From the NCBI RefSeq assembly GCF_006345805.1, contig NC_043015.1:186001-250000 (forward strand): a stretch of DNA of 64,000 nucleotides, given 5' to 3'. The DNA is from Octopus sinensis. Taxonomy: Eukaryota. Positions 40,247 to 52,896 of the stretch are shown here, in pieces. The first letter of the stretch is position 1. Every line of letters begins with the position of its first letter. The notes under the pieces are model-generated. The model saw only the letters and a list, made by a program, of their open reading frames with translations. It did no database searches and had not been told where the DNA came from. The translations under genes were made by a program, and so were the position numbers.

Positions 40247-41620
40247 AGTTCTAATGAATTAGAATACAGAGGGTTACTTACTGCTCGAAAGTTTTTGCTT
40301 TCTCCTCCGTTGTTTGTCCTCGAGAAGATCCCAGTACAGTTTCTTTGTGAGATATTTTTGGCATTTACCAACCGCACTGGGGAAAATGCCTTGAGTGTGT
40401 GGTGCAGACTTTTGGAGATGTGTAATATTTTGATGTGGTCTGGTGGTGTTGTGTATGGGTGATTGTTTGTTTTTATGTCATCTTCTGTTATGTTTGTTTT
40501 TGATTGGATGTATTCCATCAAATTTGTGTTTTTGGTGTCTATGGCTGTGAGCATGTTTGCTGTATATGTTTTTGTGGTGTTGGTGTGGCTGTTGTTTGCG
40601 TTGGGTTTTGAAATGTCTTCGGGAGATGTATTTCCCCCTGCTTTGTTCGTGTTTGCATTTGGTTTGGTTGTGTTTCTGCTCTTTATTTTCCTTCTTTTTG
40701 TAGCTATTTGCCATTCCTCACTGGTTTCGTCTTCCGACGAAATTTCTGAGGAATCAGAAGGGGGTAGGGGTATGTTGTGGGCTTCTATGTATGTCTGTGT
40801 AAGTGGTTGTGTTGTTGTTTTCGTTGTTGTTGGTTGTTGAGTGTTTGTGTGTGTTGAGTGCGGTATAAGGGATGGGGGATCAGTTTGTGTGTGTTTTCTT
40901 TGTTTTTCTGTTCCTTTGGGTTTTGCTGTTGATGGTGGTGTTGGTATTTTTTCAGGTGTCGAGTGGTTTTTGGTTGATGACGGATTAGCTTGGTGTGCTT
41001 CTCTTGTCGTCTTCTGTGTTGATGGTGGTGTGGGTAGTAGAGCTTTTTTCCGGAGTGCTTTGGTTGTGGTAGTGGTTGTGGTGTTGCTCTTGGTGTGCAG
41101 TGGTTGGGCACGTCTTTTTCAAGTGTGTTTCGCTTCCACACAAATAGCAGCGTGGTCGCCTGCCCTCTACCACTATATAGAGTTTGTAGCCTCCTGGCAG
41201 TTCTATAGCGGTGGGTATCTTCTCTCTTGCTGCTTCATCCAATTGAAGCAGGAATTCGATTGATTTGCCCACATAGTCTTTCTCTCCTAGAACCGCGATT
41301 CCAGGATGTTGTCTCTGAACATTTCAAAGCAGATGGCCGAGACCAACCATTGTGTTTCGACATCAAATGGTATGTTTTTTATTTGGACTTTCGTGACCCT
41401 TGTTTAAATAGACTGGTATCATTACCAAGTCGTCCGAATGCAGCTCCAATGTGGAAAAACGTTTTGCTAAACTTTCGTTGAGGAAGTACTTGGACTGTAC
41501 CAAATTGTTTCCCCAACTGATATATCCTGGAGTCCCAGCAGGACGGAAGGCATTTATCGATTTTTTCCTGCGGTGCATTTTTGTTCTTCTTTTTTTTGTT
41601 ATTACTTTATAAATTATTGT
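40243..41620 (-). pseudogene. Retrotransposon ORF1 (gag-like), frameshifted
   Basis: VQIKNIPFDVETQWLVSAI, then GRRPRCYLCGSETHLKKTC (CX2CX4HX4C), then a T/H/N/K-rich low-complexity region. Confidence 0.8.
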
Positions 41621-41670
41621 TTTTTTTTGTGTGTTTTCCACGATGTGTTGTGGAATATGAAGGTGCAATT

Positions 41671-41681
41671 TAGATAGATAA

Positions 41682-41763
<82 letters not shown>
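41671..41763. repeat. (GATA)n microsatellite abutting the 5' end of the Tx1-like element
   Basis: Directly visible; same orientation as 36311-36440. Confidence 0.95.
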
Positions 41764-41764
<1 letters not shown>

Positions 41765-41904
41765 TGCATGCATGCATATGAATGTATACCACATATTCTA
41801 TTGCATGAAAGAGACAAGCATTTCTTTAGCGTATTAAAAATTATATGTTCACCTATACACAAACATAATGTTGATCATTAGCGCAACACCAATTTAAAAA
41901 AATG

Positions 41905-41915
41905 AAATTAAGAAG

Positions 41916-41949
<34 letters not shown>

Positions 41950-41960
41950 CTTCTTAATTT
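41905..41960. repeat. Perfect palindrome centred on (TA)n
   Basis: AAATTAAGAAGAAA-(TA)n-TTTCTTCTTAATTT. Confidence 0.9.
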
Positions 41961-42021
<61 letters not shown>

Positions 42022-42925
42022 GTGGATTATATATTATTATTTGTCTTATTATTATATTGTTATTTATTATGATCATTATCGTCACTATTATTATTTGCTT
42101 CGTTGGCACTCAATAGAACTTAAAACAATAGAAATATTTTACTTATCAAGTGTCTTCCTTTAATCACATATTTGTTGGAAAACGAAGCGGGTAATGTGCT
42201 GAAGTTTTGAGCTCTCACGTGGCTCAATTCGGCCATTGTTCTCGTCCACATATTTTCAGTTGAACAATGTAGAATAGATTTAATGTAGGTGGCTCTCATA
42301 CGTATTTGGCTGGCAGATTGCACGCGTTCTTAACGTTGAGTTTGGCAGACATCACTGCACTTATTGACTGCATATATAAATAGATAGATACATAGATACA
42401 TATAGATATATTTGTGTGTGTATGTATGTATATGTAATATATATATATATGTATATTTATATATGTAAATTAATACTTTATAGCACTTAATGAAAATAGA
42501 CAAAACAATGCCCTTTTAGCACATCATTATTTTGCTACTGTTCTTTCATTCACCATTTCTTTCATGTGTTTCTCTCTCTCTCTCTCTCTCTCTCACTCAC
42601 TCGCTCTCTCTCTCACGCACTTCCTCTTGCTCTCTTTTTCTATTTATGTGTTCTGTCTGTCTCTCTATCTGCGATATATGGTAGGCGGTTGAATCACGTC
42701 GCTCGTTTGGAATTTTTGGTGTCATAAACATACACGCACAATTGTCCCCATAGTGATATATTGTTATACGTGGCTAAATATATCATACATATATATATTA
42801 TATATATATATATATAGATATATATATATATATATATTATATATTTATATATTTATGTATATATATATATAAGCATATATATATACATATATGTGCCTAT
42901 ATATACATATATGTACATATATATA

Positions 42926-42967
<42 letters not shown>

Positions 42968-43215
42968 TATATTGATATATACGAGAAAGAAGCAACAAGA
43001 ATGGTTGGTTTTTAGTACAATTGTTTCATACAAAGACAGGCTTTATTACAAGTTGCAAAAATTGCAGCAGATAAAAGTGTCCCGTACTCATCAGCTAAAA
43101 TACATTTGAGTCTCTAGACATCTTAGTGGGTGAGGTTATACTCATGAGATATTGGAGATAGTTCCATTAGAGGCAGATATAGGTTGTAAACAGTTTTCTC
43201 CCAAAGTTCCTTAAT

Positions 43216-43415
43216 GATGATGCACAGTCTTATCACAGATTTTTAAAAAACTTATTAGTTTCGAAGAGAAGATGAATCAATCCATAGTGTAGATTTAAAT
43301 TTCCCGATATGAAGAGGATGATGCACAGACTTATCACAGGTTTTTAAGACTTATTAGCTTCACAGAAAAGGTGAATTAATCCATAGTGAAGATTTACATT
43401 TCCAGTGGTAGATGA
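43216..43415. repeat. Diverged tandem duplication, unit about 101 bp
   Basis: GATGATGCACAG.CTTATCACAG at 43216 and 43317; both units continue ...AATCCATAGTG.AGATTTA.ATTTCC. Confidence 0.85.
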
Positions 43416-43764
43416 GGGATTTCATACTCACTGACGATGTATTTAATCATTATTAATCCACAATCATTTCATGCTATATGATAAGGTAATTTGCCATGTT
43501 ATTGCTCTCCGTGCAAAACTGCTATGTTGAGAATTCTAAAGGCTGAAGGAATTTATTTGTGGGGCAGAGAAAATAAAATAAGATAAAAGAAAAAGGAAAG
43601 AGACAAGGAAAAAAGAAAAAGAAAAAGAGAAGAAGAAGAATAAGGGAAAAGAAAGAAAAAGAAAAAGAAGATTGATATATATTGATATTATATATATATA
43701 TATATATATATCTATTATATATATATTGATATATATTGATATATATATATGTATATATATATCA

Positions 43765-44665
43765 CTGGCGTGTGTGCCGTCGTTGGTATCTTTGTCCCAG
43801 ATGTACTCTAAAGAAGTTCCCTTCCAAAGTATCTTTGGCCTTTACAAGGATGATGTGCGAATAATATCAAGACGTGCAAATAATCTTTGAAAGGACCCCT
43901 CCAGCCCCTTGAATTCCCTTGAACTCACAGTCACGATGGAAACCAATATGAAAACGATGGATTTTCTCGATGTGACCCTGGACTTGGAATCCGGTGCCTA
44001 TATACCCATTAGGAAACCAAATGAAAAGCTATCGTACATTATCACATGGTCCAACCTATCCTCAAGCAAAGATTGTTGATGCTACAATGACAGTCTGGTT
44101 GCCAGTTCTTTCAAGGACAGAATTAGTTATAGACCAGACCAAGAGAAGGCGCTACCGGCAGGTGTTGTGTTTAATAGCGCCCTTCTCATTAAGTGTTAAG
44201 CCCCGAATAGGTAAAATTTTCCTTAGCTTAACAGAGAAGCACTTCCCCAGTATAAATAGTTTCAGCAAAATATTTAATAGGCACACCTTGAAATTTTCCT
44301 TTAAATAAGCACCCAATGCCAAAGAGATATGAGTAAGATACTCGTGTAGGGGTAACACAACATGTCCACCGAAGTGCCACTGTAACACGGAGACCACCAT
44401 ATAAGAGGCATAGCTTACAGCAATGGGACCAACTGGGCAACCAAACGTGCGAAAGTACGTGGAATAAAATGAAGACCCCTTCAGAACCCGCTATAACAAA
44501 CACAAATCCTACTTCAACATCCCGGACAGAAAAAAAACTCCACAGCCCTGAGCAAGCACGTATGGTCATTGAAAGAAAGCGCCACCAGATAGAGCATAAA
44601 ATGGAAGATTCTAGAGAAATTGAAGCGTACTTAAAGGGAGGTAGGAAGTGAAGATTATGCTATAT
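43765..44665 (+). mobile_element. Decayed Penelope-like element (RT C-terminal half plus GIY-YIG-region remnants)
   Basis: FGLYKDD, METNMKTMDFLDVTLDLESGAYIPIRKPNEKLSYI, IGKIFLSLTEKHFP...KIFNRHTLKFS, SCRGNTTCP, and IKWKILEK...AY..GGRK*RLC. These match PLE (Neptune-type) motifs. Many stops and deletions. Confidence 0.85.
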
Positions 44666-44964
44666 ATATGTGTACAGCAATATTATTCATTTTATTTAGT
44701 TTAATAAAAAAGTAAATGAAGACCTTATTATGTATCCGAGGTCAAGTTATTCATGCACCCCAAGTATGGAACCAATTTACGCAGACGTTTCCGCGTGAAA
44801 AGCGAACACACACACACACACGCACAGAGGTTTATTTCATTTAATAGCCATATAACGTTCTTCCAAAGATTTCTGTCGAAGAAATTCTCCCACAAGTCAT
44901 AGATCGGCCCAGTGCCACTGTAGGAGGATTTACCGGAGATCCTGTTTTAATATATCCTTTTACT

Positions 44965-45595
44965 ACAAGGCGGTGAGCTGGTAAAATCGTTAGCACGCTG
45001 GGCAAAGTGATTCGCCGGCATTCGAAATACCTATTTCTTTACTACCCACAAGGGACTAAACATAGAGGGGACAAACAAGGACAGACAAACGGATTAAGTC
45101 GATTATATCGACCCCGTGCGTAACTGGTACTTATTTACTCGACCCCGAAAAATAAAATATTCTTTCTACTCTAGGAACAAGGCCCGAAATTTTTTGGTGG
45201 GATGCAGTAGATTAGATCGGCCCCCAGTACGTAATTGGTACATAATTTATCGATATAAGGCGGAGAGCTGGCAGAAACGTTATCACGCCGGGCGGAATGC
45301 TTAGCGGTATTTCGTCTGCCGTTACATTCTGAGTTCAAATTCCGCCGAGGTCGACTTTACCTTTCATCCTTTCGGGGTCGATAAATTAAGTACCAGTTAC
45401 GCACTGGGGTCGATGTAATCGACTTAATACCTATGTCTGTCCTTGTTTGTCCCCTCTACGTTTAGCCCTTTGTGGGTAATAAAGAAATAGGTACGTAATT
45501 TATCGACCCCGAAAGGATGAAAGGCAGAGTCGACCTCGGTGGAATTTGAGCTCAGAATTCAAAGACAAACGAAAAGCCGCTAAGCATTTCGCCCT
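44965..45595. mobile_element. Nested cluster of SINE family A copies in both orientations
   Basis: Plus head at about 44965; minus copies at 45022-45253 and 45491-45595; intact plus copy at 45256-45490. Confidence 0.85.
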
Positions 45596-46234
45596 GATAT
45601 GCTTTAATATATTACTACGGATATGTATATGTGCGTGTATATATATATATATATGTTTGCTTTGTAATTCTATCAGTTCTCTACACGTGTATATATAACT
45701 GTATTTATGTGATAATCTTTAAAAAAACATATGCCGGAGAATTATTTTTGTATATCGTAGTAAAATCTTTAAATTCTAGTAAGCAAAAAAAAAATATATA
45801 TATATATATAAAAATAAATTTTAAAATAAAAAAATCTATAAAAACAAATAATAACTAATAATATATACAAATAAATTTATAAATACATGAAGAAGAAAAA
45901 AATGAATAACTAATTCTTAATGCCAATTCGTTTCCTTCGTGTTTCTTTGAATAAGCAAGATTTCTTTACGTTTCCTTCAGGACTAAACTTTCGTCTTTTA
46001 TTGAAAACTCTATGATAATTCCTCGCACAACATAGCCAATCTTGATCTCTTTCTGCTCAAGGTTATAGTTTCTTCTTAAATGAAAATAAAATAATTACAA
46101 AAAATCCCTCACCAGGGAGAAATAAATATTAATATCACCCTCAAAGCAAGCAGATTCATCCTATCTCATTATTTCTGTATTTATTATAATCATTATTTTT
46201 ATTAATTCTGCAATAATATTATCATTAATCGCCT

Positions 46235-46242
46235 TCTACTTC

Positions 46243-46310
<68 letters not shown>

Positions 46311-46326
46311 TATTATTATACTATTA

Positions 46327-46383
<57 letters not shown>

Positions 46384-46752
46384 CATTATCATCATCATCA
46401 TCATCATCACATCATCATCATCATCATTATTATTATTATTATTATTATTATCATTATTATTATTATCATTATTATTATTATCATTATTATTATTATTATT
46501 ATCATTATCATCATTATTATATCATTATTATCATTATTGTTATTATTATCAACATCATCATCATCATCATTATTATTATTATTATTATTATTATATTATT
46601 ATTATTATTATTATTATATTATTATTATTATTATTCAGTTATTATAATCTTCTTGCTGACCTATCACGAGTTTTCGAATTGTCAAAAAATCATATTAGGA
46701 ATAAACAATAATAATAATAATAATGATAATAATGATAACAATAATAATAATA

Positions 46753-46802
<50 letters not shown>

Positions 46803-46810
46803 TCTTTTTT
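46235..46810. repeat. (ATT)n/(ATC)n and (AAT)n microsatellites
   Basis: Directly visible. Confidence 0.95.
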
Positions 46811-47273
46811 TTATGGCATACCGGAAGAATTTTGATGCCGACTATTCAGAATATATTAACATTTTCATGGATCTCATAGTAATTTTCACACGGTTCCCTT
46901 AAAACTATGTTATTAAATGGAGGAAATGATGGCAAATTTAGGGACACGACACTTCCTCAAATTTATAAGCCCTAGGAAGGGGAAAAGGGGAGTAAACTGG
47001 GCAGAATATTATTGCACTGAATCGTCAGTGTTCGAAGCAAGAGCAAAAAGGTGTGTATTGTTCTTTTCGTTTTCTTTTTCTTCTTTTTTCATGGTAACCT
47101 TGTTGGATATCGATTCCATAACATGTGTAGGTACTTCATGAACGATAAGACCCTCACATTGGAGAAATCCTTTGCGCTTCAGTTAGCTTTAGTCATCATG
47201 CCTAAGGCTACGCTAGAGTACTTTAACTGAAATCACTCTTGTTGATGTTTAATACATACGTAGATCTGAATGT

Positions 47274-47600
47274 GTGAAGGCGCGTGGCTTAGTGGTTAAG
47301 GAATTTCGGCGCATGATCGTAAGGTCGTGAGTTCAATTCCTGGCGACGCGTTGTGTCCTTAAGCAAGACACTTTATTTGACCTTGCTCCAGTCCACTCAG
47401 CTAGCAGAAATGAGTTGTACCTGCATTTCAAAGGGCCGGCCTTGTTACACTCTGTGTCACGCTGAATCTCCCCTGAGAATACGTTAGGAGTACACATGTC
47501 TGTGGATTGCTCAGTGACTTGCACATTAATTTCACGAGCAGGCTGTTCCGTTGATCGTATCAGCTGGGACCCTCTTCGTCGTAACCGACGGTGTGCTCCT
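47274..47600 (+). mobile_element. SINE family C (head C + tail C)
   Basis: tRNA-like GAAGGCGCGTGGCTTAGTGGTTA...GAGTTCAATTCC, then TTGTGTCCTTAAGCAAGACACTTTA, then tail ...GTAACCGACGG. Confidence 0.9.
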
Positions 47601-47609
47601 TTAAGATCT

Positions 47610-47860
47610 GAAGGTGCAATACCCAGTAAGTAATCAGATATCCATGTTATTCTTTTTCACATTATTCAGTCTTCTCAGATATTGTCCATATAGAAGCTTA
47701 CCTTTTCACCATATTAACATGACACCTTGTTCTCCTTATTACAGGTTATCAATCTGTTCTAAGTATTTTAGAACCAATTTAAGTTGCTTCTTTCTTTTTC
47801 GTTACGATCATTCCTTGCTTTCGTTTATCACAGTTTTGCCTTTCTTCAAGGCGGAAAACA
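47610..47860 (-). mobile_element. Possible decayed R4/Dong-type non-LTR fragment
   Basis: Minus strand W*KGKLLYGQYLRRLNNVKK followed by a frameshifted TW resembles the W..K.LHGQY...W.WL motif downstream of the RT in this group. Short and degenerate. Confidence 0.35.
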
Positions 47861-48339
47861 TTCTTTTCTTTTATTTTATTTGTTATTATTATTATAATTA
47901 TTTTCTTATTTGAAGCATCACCAGTATAACATAATCTCATCAATGATAATGTGTAAATATAAAAATTTTCAGTCGGAGTTTAGTGAAATTATGAAAGCAA
48001 AACAAAAAATAAGGAACTTAATGACTGATTCAGTATACAGCACCACGTTTCCAACTCAAAAATATGCTGATGGTAAATACAGGGAAAAATATAATGTCTG
48101 TCGCAGAAAATACCGAAATAAGTTCTGAAGGACTACGAAAATAACTAGTAAATATCTAGAAGGCCTACGAAAATATCTAGTAATATCTAGTAAATATCTA
48201 CAAAATATCTAGTATCTTATGTCAGTATTATGAAACATCAGCAGGAAAGATATCGTAAATATATGCATCAGAAATGGACTCAAATAATGAACACCTAATA
48301 TGGATATTTATTATGAGAAGTAGATAATTCTTTTTAATT

Positions 48340-48742
48340 ATGGCACAAGGCCATGTTTTTCGAGACGAATAAGAAAGGTGAATATATTAATACCGATACT
48401 TAACTAGAATTTAATTTATTGATCACGAAAGGATATAAGACAAAGTCATCCGGGGCGTGAGTTAAACTCAGAACGTAAAATTACGGAAGGAAATTCTGCG
48501 AAGCATTTAATCCAACCCATTAACTATTCTACTACTCATCACTTCCGATGTTCTAAACTATGGTTTCAAATTTTGACACAAAGCCAGCAATTTTAAAGGA
48601 GGAGCTAAGTCGATTAAATCAACCCCAGTGCCTAATTGGTACTTAATTTATCGATCCCGAAAGAATGAAAGGCAAAGTCAGACCTGGTGTCATTTGAACC
48701 TAGAACGTAAAGATGGACAAAATAACCCTACGCATTTTTTTG
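48340..48742 (-). mobile_element. Two degenerate family-A-like SINE copies
   Basis: Reverse-complement matches to the A body (GAAAGGCAAAGTC, TTTATCGATCCCG). Confidence 0.65.
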
Positions 48743-48823
48743 CGGGAAGGTGAAAAAGTCTTTTACGTTTCGAGCCTACGCTCTTCAGCAAAAAGGAACA
48801 CGATGAAATAAACACACACACAC

Positions 48824-48866
<43 letters not shown>

Positions 48867-49000
48867 CATGCACACACGCACACTCACACGCACACACTCA
48901 CACACACACACAAACATACAGATGGATGGATGGATGGAATGATAGACATGAATTTATATGGAGGCAATAAGAAATGAGGCTTTAATATTAAGTCTGGTTT

Positions 49001-49216
49001 AAGGCAGCGAATTAGTAGATTCTTTAGCAAGCCGGTAAAAATGTTTAGCGGTGTTTCGTCCGCTTTTTACATTCTGAGTTCTAATTCCGCTGAGGTAGAA
49101 TTTGCTTTTCATCATTTTGCAGTTGCTAAAATAAATACCATCTGAGTGCTGGTGTCAATGTAATCGAGTTACGCCCTCCACCAAAATTGCTGGCCTTGTG
49201 GCAAAATTCGAAACCA
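49001..49216 (+). mobile_element. Degenerate family-A-like SINE
   Basis: AAGGCAGCGAATTAG...TTCTGAGTTCTAATTCCGCTGAGG...GGCCTTGTG. Confidence 0.7.
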
Positions 49217-49817
49217 AGAATGAGCACGGTGGGGGAAAAAATGGTAAGGCAGTAGATATATGCAATATGTTTCTGCGTCATATGAATTTGTATCTAACAA
49301 TGCCATCACTGCTTTAAGTACCAAGAGTTCTTCGTCTCTCAATCCTCTCTCTCACACATAAATAATTCACTGGAATCTGGAGTTTCTTGGTGCATTTATT
49401 CAGATTATATTCCATCGTGACAGTTCCTTCTCTTTCTCGGTCTAGCGCTCTGTATCTATCTCTTTGTCTGTCCCCATACATATTAATGAAAGTCTTAAGT
49501 AAACGATATTTCTAGAAATATTATTCCAAACAAAACAAATAATAATCAATAGTTACTAAGTTCCAAGTGGGCAGAATACTATACATGCATACATACATAC
49601 ATACATACAAACATACATAAATACACACATACATACATACATACATACATACATACATACATACATACATACATACACACTTACATATATACGTGTGTGT
49701 GTATATATATATATAATATATACACACACACGTATATTATATATCTATATATGTATGTTATATATATACATACATATATGCATGTTATACATACATATAT
49801 ATTATATATATAACATA

Positions 49818-49855
<38 letters not shown>

Positions 49856-49920
49856 CATGGCATAAATATATATATGTATTACATATATATTTATGTATAT
49901 ACATGCAATAATATATATTG

Positions 49921-49978
<58 letters not shown>

Positions 49979-50392
49979 GAATACTCTCTAACGCATACAT
50001 ACATGCACACTCATATCACATACATATATATGCACACACAGATTCCCACGGACAAACGTATACACATGAATTTACGAGAGTATGCATGACTGTATGTGGA
50101 ACTATTTTTGACGTTTGCATAGGTATACAAAGGAAGCAGATAGTCAAATGCGATAACATTGTGTCTCTTCGCTGGGTTTTATCTCGTTAAACTTCAACGA
50201 TTCCTTAGTTAGTTGACCGCAAAGATACCATTTCATATTTGACGGACATCGTTTTCAGGGACTGCAGTATAGCAACGTAGGAGGCCAATGCGTCTGTCTT
50301 CCTATCGGTCCGGCTGACAGTTTTTCTGTTCTTTTCTCTTTTTATTGTTTACCTCCCCCACCACTCTCTCTTCATCCCTCCCTCTGCCTCCC

Positions 50393-50441
<49 letters not shown>

Positions 50442-50506
50442 AGATTGTGTGTGTGTACGTGTGTCTTCATAGATATACACAATTATAGATCTTTATATAT
50501 ATATTC

Positions 50507-50545
<39 letters not shown>

Positions 50546-50731
50546 TAATATACATGTATATATATATACACATACATACATATATACACACACTTATATA
50601 CATATATATATATATACAAACATATATATATATAACACACACACTAATATAAAAACACACACATAAGCACAACACACACACATATATATATGTACACGTA
50701 TATATATATATGTAAATATATATATATTATG

Positions 50732-50763
<32 letters not shown>

Positions 50764-50768
50764 ATATA

Positions 50769-50812
<44 letters not shown>

Positions 50813-51146
50813 ATACAGGCGTACATACGTGTGTGTAATTAGTGTCTGTGAGAATATAGTTAGTGTCTGTGAAAATATATCAGTCAAGTATACGCCAATG
50901 ACATACAGGAATACAAAACAATATGCACCATTTTCTTAATGCGATGGATTTGTGTGTAGGTCTACACAAGTTTACACTATGTGAGTGTGTGTGAATGGTG
51001 CTGTACGTATAAACGCACAGCGCTATCCACACGTATATATAAATATGTTTTCTGTACGCAAATGTCTAAGTACATCATCTCATCTTATCTATATGGCTGA
51101 AAGATTACGTATAAAAATAACTGGAAAAACACTATCATTATTATTA

Positions 51147-51210
<64 letters not shown>

Positions 51211-51230
51211 CATTATTATTATTATTATTC

Positions 51231-51262
<32 letters not shown>

Positions 51263-51495
51263 TAGTAGTAGAGAGAGAGAAAAAAAGAAAGAAGGAAAAA
51301 ATCAGGGTGAAGTAACGCCATACGGAATGCATGAATGGACGAACTGAAAGAAGGGATACAATGATACGTGGAAAAGAATGAGAGAAAAACTATATGCGTG
51401 ACATATACATATTATAGATACGTATATATATGCCATACATACGATATACAGATACATATACTCTATATAGACATGTGGATATCTATATATATATA

Positions 51496-52751
51496 TAGGG
51501 GCTGGACAAAATAATAGAAACACCTAGCATCATAGCATCATAATTTTGGAGTATCTATAAAACCGTTAAATGTTTGTTTATTTTTGTTTTCTTATTTATT
51601 ATTAGTGTTGCTTAATATGTTTTGCTAAAATTGTTGTTTCTTTTCACATATCATCAGAGAAATATAATTAAGATTCATTAAAATTACAGATCTATCGGAC
51701 TTTCAAAGAGGTCAAATTGTTGGTGCTCGTATGGCAGTCGCTAGCGTAACGAAAACAGCCGAAATGTTGTATCAAGAAGTACTGTCTCGAAAGTAATGAC
51801 AGCCTTTGAGAAAGAGGGAAAAACTTTCTCCTTGAAACAAAACTCCGGGAGAAAACCAAAATTTTCAGATAGGAACAATCGGATTCTTACAGGAATTGTT
51901 ATAAAGGATCACAAAAGTACAGCTCCCAAAATTACGGCAGAGCTTAATGACCAACTCGGAAACTCAGTTTCCACAAAAACTGTTCGCCGGTAGCCGCACA
52001 AAGCTGGATTTCACGGGAGGGCTTCAGTTATAAAACTACTGCTTTCAAAAATAAACGTTGCAAAGCGTTTAGAGTGGAGTAAAAACCTACATGATAGGTC
52101 CCTAGAGCACTGTAAGAGTGTCATTTTCTCGGACGAGTCATCCTTTACCTTATTTACGACCACTGGCCGAGTATACGGGTGGAGACAGCCAAAAGAAGCA
52201 TTTGACCTAGATTGCTTTCTTCCAGTTGTTAGATATGGAGGAGGATCTGTGATGATCTGGTGGGAGGGGCTATATCTTGGAAATCCGCCGGCCCGGTGGT
52301 TTCCCTTAATGGCCAAATTAATAGTGAGGACTATTTAAGCATTATTTCTGATCAAATTCATCCTATAGTTACGGACTGTTTCTGGAGGGAAATGCAATCT
52401 TTGAGGATGATAATGCACAATGACATACAGCTAAAGTTGTTACTGAATAGCACGTGGAACATTCTAGTGAAATTGAACATCTTATCTGGCCAGATCTCAA
52501 TATTATTGAATATTTATGGTGAAATTTAGAAAAACAAGTAAGGATTCTATATATCCTCCACCATCATCACTACAAAAACTGAAGAATGCTTTAACTGAAG
52601 AATGGACAAAAAGTCCTTTGGAAACAATTCAAACTTTGTACGATTCCATACCACGTAGTATTCAGGCTGTAATTTCTGCCAAAGACGGTCATATCCCATA
52701 TTAAAATAAATTAAAAATTTTAAGCGTTTCCATTACTTTGTCCAACCTCTG
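51496..52751 (+). mobile_element. Tc1-like DNA transposon, 1256 bp, with a defective transposase
   Basis: Imperfect TIRs TAGGGGCTGGACAAAATAATAGAAAC and GTTTCCATTACTTTGTCCAACCTCTG, with TA on both sides. Transposase from about 51683 to 52704: DLSDFQRGQIVGAR, SGRKPK, IFSDES, GGGSVMIW, FEDDNA, DLNIIEYLW, GHIPY*. Confidence 0.93.
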
Positions 52752-52826
52752 TATAAATATACACATTATCTACATACATACATACATACATAACATAAAT
52801 ACATACATACATACATAATACATACA

Positions 52827-52872
<46 letters not shown>

Positions 52873-52896
52873 ATATATTATATAGATATATATATA

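Larger units (their letters stand above)
36441..41670 (-). mobile_element. Near full-length Tx1-like (L1-clade) non-LTR retrotransposon, about 5.2 kb
   Basis: ORF1 with a CCHC knuckle, then ORF2 with APE endonuclease, RT and a C-terminal CCHC-type finger, then a pyrimidine-rich 3'UTR with AATAAA at 36447-36452. The Tx1 assignment rests on motif style (GPGYWKLN, QTCAVPGRTIHDNL) and is an inference. Confidence 0.93.

Noticed and set aside
36788-41481. Plus-strand ORFs overlapping the retrotransposon
   Set aside because: Antisense shadows of a GC-rich or strand-skewed coding region.
47274-47345. SINE heads (also at 32055, 59537 and 60272) as tRNA genes
   Set aside because: A/B-box-like motifs are present, but the cloverleaf is incomplete and each runs into a SINE body.
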